Assembly (NCBI GenBank): GCA_964504875.1
Contig: CAZDFJ010000011.1
Span: 45 to 64,044 of the forward strand
Source: an uncultured Burkholderiales bacterium
GTDB lineage: Bacteria; Pseudomonadota; Gammaproteobacteria; Burkholderiales; CAZDFJ01
Length of the DNA stretch: 64,000 bases
Reading direction: 5' to 3'
In this document: positions 8,977 through 17,278 of the stretch, piece by piece
How the letters are laid out: each line of letters starts with the position of its first letter
Numbering within the stretch: position 1 is the first letter of the stretch
Position numbers and translations under genes: made by a program
The notes under the pieces: generated by a model
Seen by the model: the letters and a program-made list of their open reading frames with translations, nothing else
Told to the model about the DNA's origin: nothing
Database searches by the model: none

Positions 8977-10902
8977 ATGGATATTATCATGTATAGATCA
9001 AACAAAACGCTAAGATATTTTACCTATTTTAAAATAATAATAGGTATATTCTTATGGGGGCTTTTTTGTCAACCTTTTGTTTGGGCACAAGAAATTCAAG
9101 TTTCTCAAACTTATTTTGAAGATAATACTACAAATCTGACAATTGACGAAATTAAACAACAAAAATTTATAGAATTTGAGAATAATTTAAATAAAGGCTA
9201 TTCTAAAAGCACTTTCTGGATTCGAATTAAATATTTACCACAACCTAATCAGCCCAAGCTTTTCTTAAAAGTACAATCGACTTTTTTGGATTTGATTTGT
9301 TTATATACAGAAAATGAAAGTCAACCGCGTTGTCAAGGGGATACGTTACCGTTTAGGGACCGAGAATGGAAAGGTATTACCCCGATGTTTGTACTCTATT
9401 CTGCTCCCGTCAATGGACGGGTGACGCCCGTCACTGTGTATTTACGGATCCAAACAACCAGTTCAATGATTTTTTACGCACAGGTTTTGACACAAAAAGA
9501 AGTCTACGAGCAAGATATTCATACAGCTGTTTCTTTAGGTATTATTGCAGGAATTATCACAAGTTTATTAATTTGGGGATGTTATCGAACATGGGTCGAT
9601 CATAGTTGGGTGGCTTTTCTTTTTACTTTATATCAATTGACATTACTGTTGATTTCATTTACCCGCTCCGGCTACACAGCATTTTACTTCCTTTTTGATT
9701 CAGATAAAAATACGGATTTATTTTATCATTATTTAATGCTAATTGTGGTTTTGCTCTTAGTTATCTTAAATCGTGTTTTTATTGAACAATTTGAATTATT
9801 CAAATCCCAAAAATACGCCTTGAATGGCATTATTCTGGCCTTAGTTTTGAATATAATTATTTTTGAATTCGGATATGATCGGCTTGCATCCGCAAGAAAC
9901 TCTGCTTTTATTGGGACGCTTTCTCCGCTTTTTATTATTTGGGCATTAACGACTGTTTATAAAACAAAACAAGCAAAAAATTACTTAATAGTCTTTTATA
10001 TAACATTATTAATGGTAGGAAGTTTTTTAGGTTTCTTACGTTTTGATATTATTCATATTCCTTATTTTGAGTTACAAGCTTTGCCGCATTTGATGATTGT
10101 CACTATTCCCTTAACGTTTTTTCTCATGTATGAGCGTACAGATTCATTACAAAATAGAAATCGCACACTTCAAATAGAAATTGCGTTATCGCGGCAAGAA
10201 ATAGAATTCGAACGTCAGCAAAGAATGCAACAAAGTGCATTTATGGCAATGTTGACTCATGAATTAAAATCACCATTGGCGGTTGTGAGCATGGTATTAG
10301 GATCACGTCAGCTTAAGCAATCCGGTAAAATGAACCAAAAAAGCTTTGATCATGTGAAACAAGCCACGCAAGATATGACACATCTCATTGATCAATGTGT
10401 GCATGTGGATAAACTTTTGGAAAAAAAACAAGCTTTTCCTTTGCGAGAAGTGGTCATCCCCGATCTTATTTCTTCAATTTCACATTCATTTTTGGAGACA
10501 AACCGTTTATATATTACATTGAAAGATGAATTATTTTATACCAATGAAACTGCATTGCGTGTGATTTTGTCCAATTTATTGGACAATGGTTTGAAATATT
10601 CCCCCAAAAATGAAATGGTTTTTTTAGAACAGTTTAAGGTCACACGTGAGACTAATGAAGGGTTTTTATTTATTATTTCTAATCAAGTAGGAGAAGCAGG
10701 GGTACCTGATCCAACGCAATTATTTGACAAATATTATCGCTCATCGGGGGCACAACGTCAGCGCGGGACAGGATTAGGTTTGTGGTTGTCACGAGAATTA
10801 GCGCAACGTCTCAAAGGCTCGCTCATTTGTGAGATTAAAAATGATCGCATTGAGTTTCATTTATGGTTGCCTTTTTTGAATAAAGATCAAACTTTTTGTT
10901 AA
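8977..10902 (+). CDS. Sensor histidine kinase, 7TMR-DISM type (periplasmic DISMED2-like domain, 7 TM segments, DHp and ATPase domains), paralog 1
   Basis: 641 aa. Features in order: a signal-like N-terminus; a periplasmic block YFEDNTTNLTIDEI...STFWIRIKY; seven hydrophobic segments; a coiled linker; H-box FMAMLTHELKSPL (His codon 10258-10260); N-box LLDNGLKYSP; G2-box GTGLGLWLSRELA. Confidence 0.8.
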   Translation: MDIIMYRSNKTLRYFTYFKIIIGIFLWGLFCQPFVWAQEIQVSQTYFEDNTTNLTIDEIKQQKFIEFENNLNKGYSKSTFWIRIKYLPQPNQPKLFLKVQSTFLDLICLYTENESQPRCQGDTLPFRDREWKGITPMFVLYSAPVNGRVTPVTVYLRIQTTSSMIFYAQVLTQKEVYEQDIHTAVSLGIIAGIITSLLIWGCYRTWVDHSWVAFLFTLYQLTLLLISFTRSGYTAFYFLFDSDKNTDLFYHYLMLIVVLLLVILNRVFIEQFELFKSQKYALNGIILALVLNIIIFEFGYDRLASARNSAFIGTLSPLFIIWALTTVYKTKQAKNYLIVFYITLLMVGSFLGFLRFDIIHIPYFELQALPHLMIVTIPLTFFLMYERTDSLQNRNRTLQIEIALSRQEIEFERQQRMQQSAFMAMLTHELKSPLAVVSMVLGSRQLKQSGKMNQKSFDHVKQATQDMTHLIDQCVHVDKLLEKKQAFPLREVVIPDLISSISHSFLETNRLYITLKDELFYTNETALRVILSNLLDNGLKYSPKNEMVFLEQFKVTRETNEGFLFIISNQVGEAGVPDPTQLFDKYYRSSGAQRQRGTGLGLWLSRELAQRLKGSLICEIKNDRIEFHLWLPFLNKDQTFC

Positions 10903-12857
10903 TTGCGTATCCCAAAAATAGTAAAATAATTGAATATTATTCAGATAAGAATGAGAAAATCTTGCAAAAAATATTAATCAATTTGATTATTTTAATAATA
11001 ATATGCGTAGGGGGATTTCAAAAAAATGTTTTTGCTGAGAGCCTAAAAAGTACGCAAGCCTACTTTGAAGATCCGCTCGGACAGTTAAGTTTTGCTGAAA
11101 TTCAACAAAAAACTTTCACGCCATTTGATCAGACATTAGTCAAAGGTCACTCATCAAGTATTTTTTGGATTCGAGTTCAATATACGCGTTCTGTTGGCTT
11201 AACAGAACCGCTTTTTTTGCGGGTTTTACCGACTTTTCTTGATTCCGTTTGTATTTATCAATATAACGCTGCACCCATCAATGGTTATCACGTTCATTGT
11301 GCAGGGGATGCTTTGCCTTTTAATCAGCGGCAATGGAAAAAAGTGACGCCTTTTTTTACAATTCAGTCTACAAAAAAAAGTAATCTATTTTATATTCGCT
11401 TGCAAAGCACGAGTACGATTCTGATGCAAGCGGAACTTGTCACACAGGAAGAAGCTTTAAAAAAAGATATTGACTATGCCATGATTTTTGGTGTGCATTT
11501 AGGCATTATTTTTGTTTTATTATTATGGGGTTTTTTTCTACTGGCTGTCGATAGAAATTGGGTTGCAGTGATTTTTATCCTCTACCAAATTCTTATGTTT
11601 TTGCTGATTACGTTGCGGTCTGGTTATCTGGTGCTTTTTTTACAAAATACTGCCACAACAACGGATGATTTATATGCTACTTTAGTTTTGGCAAATATTC
11701 TCTGCGTTATTTTACTAAATCGTTTGTTTTTCAGTCAATTTGTGATAGCGCATTGGCAAAAAAAGATATTAGATTTTTTTATTGTGAGTCTCATTTTTCA
11801 TATTTTTCTGTATCTTTTTGGATATTATCGTGTGGTCACGGTCAGGAATGGAACAATTATAGGAATAGTGAGTATATTTGCTTTCGTTTGGATTATAGTC
11901 AGTTTATATAAAACAAAACAAGTGAACTTAGCATTTATTAAACGATACAGCGTCTTATTATCATTCGTTGGCTTTCTGGGTATATTAAGATTAGGTTTTT
12001 TAAACCTCAATAATTTTGAGTTACAAAGTTTATCTCCGCTCGCCATCGCAACTATCCCATTCGTTCTATTTATTATTCAAAGTCAGAGAAAAACTTTATC
12101 TTGTCAAAATAAAAAGTTAGAAATGGAAATGATTTTGATGTACCAAGAAAAAGCATTAGAGCAACGTCAGCGGCGACAACAAAGTGCATTTATGGCGATG
12201 TTAACACATGAACTAAAATTACCCCTATCTGTTGTTAATATGATCTTTGGCTCAAAAAAGTTTATTGAAACAGGAAATATAAGTAGTAAAAATATTGATC
12301 ATATTAAAATGGCCATGCGAGATATGCGTCATCTTATTGAACAATGTATCTATGTAGACAAGCTACTCGAATATAAACAAGAGCTACCGTTAAAAACTAT
12401 TTTATTATTTCCATTTTTAGAGTCACTATTACAGCATTTTCTAGAGAAAAAGCGGATTTTCTTAGACTGTGATAATAAATTAAGAACACAAGGAATCTAT
12501 ACAAGTGAAATTGGTTTGAATGTTATTTTGAAAAATCTATTAGATAATAGTTTGAAATATTCTCCAGAGGAAAGTCCTGTTATTTTTACAGTCTATTTAG
12601 AAGAAAGAAAACATGTTCCTATTGGATTATGTATTACAGTTTCTAATACTGTGGAGTCTATTCACCCCGAGGAGATCCGTTTATTTTTTGAAAAATACTA
12701 TCGTGCTCCTAACGTCAAACATTTACGGGGAACGGGGCTTGGTTTGTGGTTATCTCGTGAATTAGCGCATCGTTTACAAGGAAAATTAACCTGTAGTTTT
12801 CATGATCAGCAAATTATTTTCCATCTCTTTCTGCCATTTTTTTCCGATAATGAATAG
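10896..12857 (+). CDS. Sensor histidine kinase, 7TMR-DISM type, paralog 2
   Basis: 653-aa ORF colinear with paralog 1 (YFEDPLGQLSFAEI, SIFWIRVQY, H-box FMAMLTHELKLPL with His codon 12207-12209, LLDNSLKYSP, GTGLGLWLSRELA). The ORF-track start is a TTG overlapping the stop of paralog 1 by 7 nt. There is no in-frame ATG before the signal-like segment, so the true start is uncertain (possibly the TTG near 10959). Confidence 0.75.
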   Translation: MLIAYPKNSKIIEYYSDKNEKILQKILINLIILIIICVGGFQKNVFAESLKSTQAYFEDPLGQLSFAEIQQKTFTPFDQTLVKGHSSSIFWIRVQYTRSVGLTEPLFLRVLPTFLDSVCIYQYNAAPINGYHVHCAGDALPFNQRQWKKVTPFFTIQSTKKSNLFYIRLQSTSTILMQAELVTQEEALKKDIDYAMIFGVHLGIIFVLLLWGFFLLAVDRNWVAVIFILYQILMFLLITLRSGYLVLFLQNTATTTDDLYATLVLANILCVILLNRLFFSQFVIAHWQKKILDFFIVSLIFHIFLYLFGYYRVVTVRNGTIIGIVSIFAFVWIIVSLYKTKQVNLAFIKRYSVLLSFVGFLGILRLGFLNLNNFELQSLSPLAIATIPFVLFIIQSQRKTLSCQNKKLEMEMILMYQEKALEQRQRRQQSAFMAMLTHELKLPLSVVNMIFGSKKFIETGNISSKNIDHIKMAMRDMRHLIEQCIYVDKLLEYKQELPLKTILLFPFLESLLQHFLEKKRIFLDCDNKLRTQGIYTSEIGLNVILKNLLDNSLKYSPEESPVIFTVYLEERKHVPIGLCITVSNTVESIHPEEIRLFFEKYYRAPNVKHLRGTGLGLWLSRELAHRLQGKLTCSFHDQQIIFHLFLPFFSDNE

Positions 12858-13032
12858 GATCCGCTATAATAGAAGTCAGATCAAAAATGCTCTAATTTTA
12901 TAATCAAAAAATGAAGCATTGAAAAGAAAATTTGTAATAAAAAATCCTTTTATATAAAATATAAGAAAAAATATATAATCTATTATAATGTATTAATAAT
13001 AGTGAACAAAAAAAGTTAAATATGGATACAAT

Positions 13033-15008
13033 ATGTCTAGGCATCCGTCTTGCTACTTATCCCGATTTGTTTATTTTTTATTGTGGGTGACAGTTCTTTT
13101 TGGTCATTATCATGGAGAAACATATGCGCAAACGGCCCGAGTAAACTATGCTTATTTCGAAGATAAAACAGGTCATTTGTCTTTTGGAGAAGTGCGTTAC
13201 AAACCTTTTCAGACGATTGAAAATGCTTTATCTGATGGATATTCAAATAGTGTCTTTTGGGTTCGGATTCAGTATCAAGCCATGCGTTTTAACGAGCCTC
13301 TTTTTGTGCGTATTTGGCCAAATTATTTAGATTTTGTTTGTCTTTATCAAGATCAAGTGATGGGCGCGGCCTCTTATGAATACCACCCTATTGAGTGTGT
13401 GGACGAGACGATCTCATTAAATCATAAAAAATGGCAAAATGTATCACCAGTTTTACCTCTGCAATATTTTCAATTTCATCATCAAAAAAATCATTTTACG
13501 GCTTATTTACGGATTCAAACAATGAGGCCCGTTCTGTTTTATCCAGAAGTTTTGTCTATACAAGAAGTCTATCAACGCGATTCATTAAATGCAATTATTT
13601 ATGGTCTATATTGTGGCATTCTTGTTGGCTTAATTATTTGGGGCATTTATGTATTTATTTCCGATTGCAATGGGCTTTCATTAATTTTTTCGATTTTGCA
13701 AGTATTTATATTAATTACTGTTCTCACACGAATGGGGTTAGCTGAATTTTACTTTGGGAATTATTTTGTAATAAAAACAAATATATTGTATCAAGGGTTA
13801 GTTTTGATTGATACATTTTTATTTATTATAATTAATGCGATTTTTATGCGCTATTTTCAAGTGCATTTTTTGCAGCGATATGCACTGTATTTTATGATTG
13901 GATTAGATTTCTTTAATATGACATTAATGCTCATGGGTTATTCGCAATCTATTGTAGAAAGAAATTCAGTCGTATTAACATTGACAACTGCATTGATTAT
14001 GCCAGTTAATTTATATATTTTATATCGAACAAAACAACTGAAATTAAATTTTGTCATTGGGTATACAAGCATTTTATTTGTAGGCGTCAGCCTCAATTTC
14101 TTGCGACTCACTTTTACTGCCTTGAGTTTTTATGTTGAATTTGTTAATTCTGTTTTCATTGGTGTTATTCCGTTAGCCTTTTTTCTGATGCATAAGCATT
14201 CTGATTTGATTCAATCCAAAAATGAGGCTTTGGAAATAAAAATTGCATTAACGCGCCAAGAAATTATATTAGAGCAGACTCAACGCCAACATCTCAGCGA
14301 CTTTATCCGATTAGTGGCTAATGAGTTAAACCTTTCGGTGACATTGCTTACACAAATTTTTAGTACATTAAAAAAGTCAGAATGTGACGGGGGGGGGGGT
14401 GTCTCAAAAAAAAAGATTGGAAACAGGCTAAAAAGGTTACTTATGACATGTGGCACTTGATAGATCAATGTGTTTATGTAGACAAACTTGTTGAACAAAA
14501 ACAAAAAATCATTTTGGATAAACTGAATATTCCCAATTTAATGCGTATTATTTGTACAGAATTGTTTGAATCCGATCGGATTCAATTTGAATATTTAAGA
14601 CGATCTGAACTTTTTTATTCGAATGAAATACTTATTCATGTTATTTTAACTAATTTACTGGATAATGCGCTTAAATATTCTCCTTCAGAGAGTCTCATTT
14701 ATTGTCATATATATGATGAAATTCAAGAGGAAAAAAACGGGTTATCTTGTGTCATTACTAATGAAATTAATGCGGAAAATTTACCAGAACCCTTGTTATT
14801 ATTTAGTAAATATTATCGCGCTGCGAATGCCAAGCATGAGCGCGGAATGGGATTAGGTTTATGGTTAGTGCGTGAATTAACAGAACGCCTCAAGGGTAAA
14901 ATGGATTGTATTTATCACAAAAAATGGATTGAATTTCATCTCTGGTTACCCGTTTTGTCTCTCTCGCAGAATAAAAAAGGGAAAATTAGTGTGGATGACG
15001 TAGATTAA
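13033..15008 (+). pseudogene. Third 7TMR-DISM kinase paralog, frame-shifted at a G11/A9 homopolymer pair and lacking the H-box histidine
   Basis: Two ORFs (13033-14460 and 14448-15008) together are colinear with paralogs 1 and 2: YFEDKTGHLSFGEV, SVFWVRIQY, seven hydrophobic segments, then HLIDQCVYVDKL, LLDNALKYSP, GMGLGLWLVRELT. The frame break sits at 14389-14414. The H-box reads FIRLVANELNLSV, with Asn codon 14320-14322 where paralogs 1 and 2 have His. Confidence 0.7.
14389..14414 (+). repeat. Homopolymer pair: G11 (14389-14399) then A9 (14406-14414)
   Basis: Sequence gac-ggggggggggg-tgtctc-aaaaaaaaa-g, counted by hand. It is the longest G/C run I noticed in the window. Confidence 0.85.
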
Positions 15009-15633
15009 ACCATTGGCGAAGGGCAATTAAAAAGCCCAAGCCTAAAAAAGCCCCCGGAGGCAATAAAGCGAGTAAAAATCCTTCGTCATTTGGAAACAAA
15101 TGTAACACAAATACATGTGCATTTTTTCCTAGGATCAAGTCGATACCTGAAAGAATTGTTCCTTTACCTAAAAGCTCACGCATGCCGCCTAAACAAGCAA
15201 GAACAAGGGTCAAGCCGAGCCCCATTGCTAATCCATCTGCCATAGAAAATAAAACATTATTTTTAGAAGCAAAACTTTCTGTTCGCGCAAGAACAACACA
15301 ATTTGTCACGATTAATGGTATAAAAATTCCAAGAATCACATACAATTCGTGAAAGTAGGCATTCATGCTTAGATCAATTATTGTCACTAATGTTGCGATA
15401 ATTAAAATAAAAATTGGAATGCGAATTTCATTAGGAATCCAGCGTCTTAATAAAGAAATGGCCCCATTGCTACAGGTCATGACTAATGTCGTGGCGAGCC
15501 CAAGACTCACCGCATTGACAAGTGTATTACTCACTGCCAAAATCGGACATAATCCTAAAAGTTGTACAAGACCTGTATTTTGTTTCCATAGGCCGTTATA
15601 AAAAATTTCTCGATAAGAATGAGAGAGTGACAT
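14986..15633 (-). CDS. rnfE: Rnf electron-transport complex subunit E
   Basis: 215-aa polytopic membrane ORF with the N-terminal block GLWKQNTGLVQLLGLCPILAVS typical of RnfE/RsxE. It is the last gene of the rnfC-D-G-E run. Its 3' end overlaps the 3' end of the third kinase paralog by 23 nt (convergent). Confidence 0.85.
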   Translation of the reverse strand: MSLSHSYREIFYNGLWKQNTGLVQLLGLCPILAVSNTLVNAVSLGLATTLVMTCSNGAISLLRRWIPNEIRIPIFILIIATLVTIIDLSMNAYFHELYVILGIFIPLIVTNCVVLARTESFASKNNVLFSMADGLAMGLGLTLVLACLGGMRELLGKGTILSGIDLILGKNAHVFVLHLFPNDEGFLLALLPPGAFLGLGFLIALRQWFNLRHPH

Positions 15634-15647
15634 TATGAGTTGAATAA

Positions 15648-16304
15648 TTATTGTTGAAATGGGGTTGTAAAAAATTGTGTTTGATGACGTTGATAAAATA
15701 ACAGGGCATGATGCACTGCTTTAATAACGGCACGGGGTGTAATCGTTGCACCAGTCCGATATGAAAAAATACCTCCATCTTTTTTTACATGCCATTGCTC
15801 CAATTTAGGAGCAATATTTAAACTTTTTCCTGTAAGTTGAAGTATCCACGTACTTTTAGTGAGTTCGATATAATCCCCTAATCCGGGGGTTTCATGATGC
15901 TGAATCACACGGACGCCCGCAATGGTCCCATTTGTGCGAATCGCAATGAGTAATTTAATTTTTCCATTATAACCGTCCGGCGCGATTTCTTCGAAAATGA
16001 CCGCAATAGGGGACGTTCCTTTTCGGGCCCGATACACTATTTTTGGGGCATTATTTTGTTCATAAATAGTGATTTTATCTTGTAATAATGAATTGTCATA
16101 TTCGGTTTGGGGCAGAATTTGATTCATTAAAATCAGTTGTGTTGCTTGTTCGCTCGCTTCAATTTTATCTCGTGTCATAGTATATGTGATGACTAATAAA
16201 AAAGTAAAAACAAGCGCAAAACCAAAGAGTAAGCCGGCGGGGCGAAGAATGATTTGAAAAACTTTTTTAGTGTGAGACATGATGTGATTTCCCTTTTCTG
16301 CCAA
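15648..16304 (-). CDS. rnfG: Rnf complex subunit G (FMN-binding)
   Basis: 218 aa with a single N-terminal TM segment and the flavin-attachment type block YRTGATITPRAV. It lies between rnfD and rnfE. An alternative start at the ATG 16280 would overlap the rnfD stop by 14 nt instead of 38. Confidence 0.85.
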   Translation of the reverse strand: MAEKGNHIMSHTKKVFQIILRPAGLLFGFALVFTFLLVITYTMTRDKIEASEQATQLILMNQILPQTEYDNSLLQDKITIYEQNNAPKIVYRARKGTSPIAVIFEEIAPDGYNGKIKLLIAIRTNGTIAGVRVIQHHETPGLGDYIELTKSTWILQLTGKSLNIAPKLEQWHVKKDGGIFSYRTGATITPRAVIKAVHHALLFYQRHQTQFFTTPFQQ

Positions 16305-17244
16305 AGACGGCCGGCTTTGTATAATAATCTAAAAAAGGAACTGAAATATTCATAATTAGTACAGCAAAAGCAACCCCATCTGGATAACCTCCAAATACGC
16401 GAATAAAGTAAATCAGACAGCCAATACCGCCCGCATAAATCATTTTCCCAAGAGGGGTCGTCGACGCAGAAACAGGATCGGTCGCAATAAAAAAAGCCCC
16501 CATCATACTTGCCCCTGTCAATAAATGAAAAATCGGGGTCATAAAAATGTGCGGGTTAAACCAATAAAAAAGACTACTAATACAGGCCAAACTTCCTAAA
16601 AAAAAGAGGGGAATATGCCATGTAATAATGCGTTGTTGAAGTAGGAGTAATCCCCCCGCAAGATAAGCAAGTGAAATAATAAATGTACTGGTACTCAGTC
16701 CAAAAAAACCTGTGTCGTAAATGGGCGCGTGTAAAATTCGCTCAATAGGGAGATGCATTAATAGTTGCGTTTTTAACACATCCAATGGCGTGGCACTGGT
16801 CAAACCATCCAAGTATAAGGGCGATTGCCATTGGGTCATCCACTTTGGAAAAGCAATCATCAAAATCGCATACCCTACCATTGCAGGATTAAAAATGTTT
16901 TGCCCTAACCCGCCATAAAGTTGTTTTGCTAGAATCAGACTTAAAGCCGTCCCCAATATAAGTAACCAAACAGGCAAATGTAAAGGAAGTGCTAATGTGA
17001 GTAACCAAGCCGTGAGGAGCGCACTGCCATCTTTTAGAAAAAACCGAACAGGTTGTCCCCGCCAATAGAGTAATATTCCTTCACTGACGAGCGCAGTCAT
17101 ACTTGCAATGGCTAAGTTTGTTAAAATCACTAAACCATAAAAGTAACAATACGACAGTATTGCGGGTAATAATGCCGCCAGGACGGTGAACATGATTTTG
17201 GAAACACTTTTATTTTGCGTAATATAAGGTGAGTGAAACATCAT
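16267..17244 (-). CDS. rnfD: Rnf complex subunit D
   Basis: 325-aa polytopic membrane ORF with the block FFIATDPVSASTTPLGKMIYAGGIG. It sits between rnfC and rnfG. Confidence 0.85.
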   Translation of the reverse strand: MMFHSPYITQNKSVSKIMFTVLAALLPAILSYCYFYGLVILTNLAIASMTALVSEGILLYWRGQPVRFFLKDGSALLTAWLLTLALPLHLPVWLLILGTALSLILAKQLYGGLGQNIFNPAMVGYAILMIAFPKWMTQWQSPLYLDGLTSATPLDVLKTQLLMHLPIERILHAPIYDTGFFGLSTSTFIISLAYLAGGLLLLQQRIITWHIPLFFLGSLACISSLFYWFNPHIFMTPIFHLLTGASMMGAFFIATDPVSASTTPLGKMIYAGGIGCLIYFIRVFGGYPDGVAFAVLIMNISVPFLDYYTKPAVFGRKGKSHHVSH

Positions 17245-17278
17245 ATTATTTTATATTGAATAATGAATAGTGAGAATT

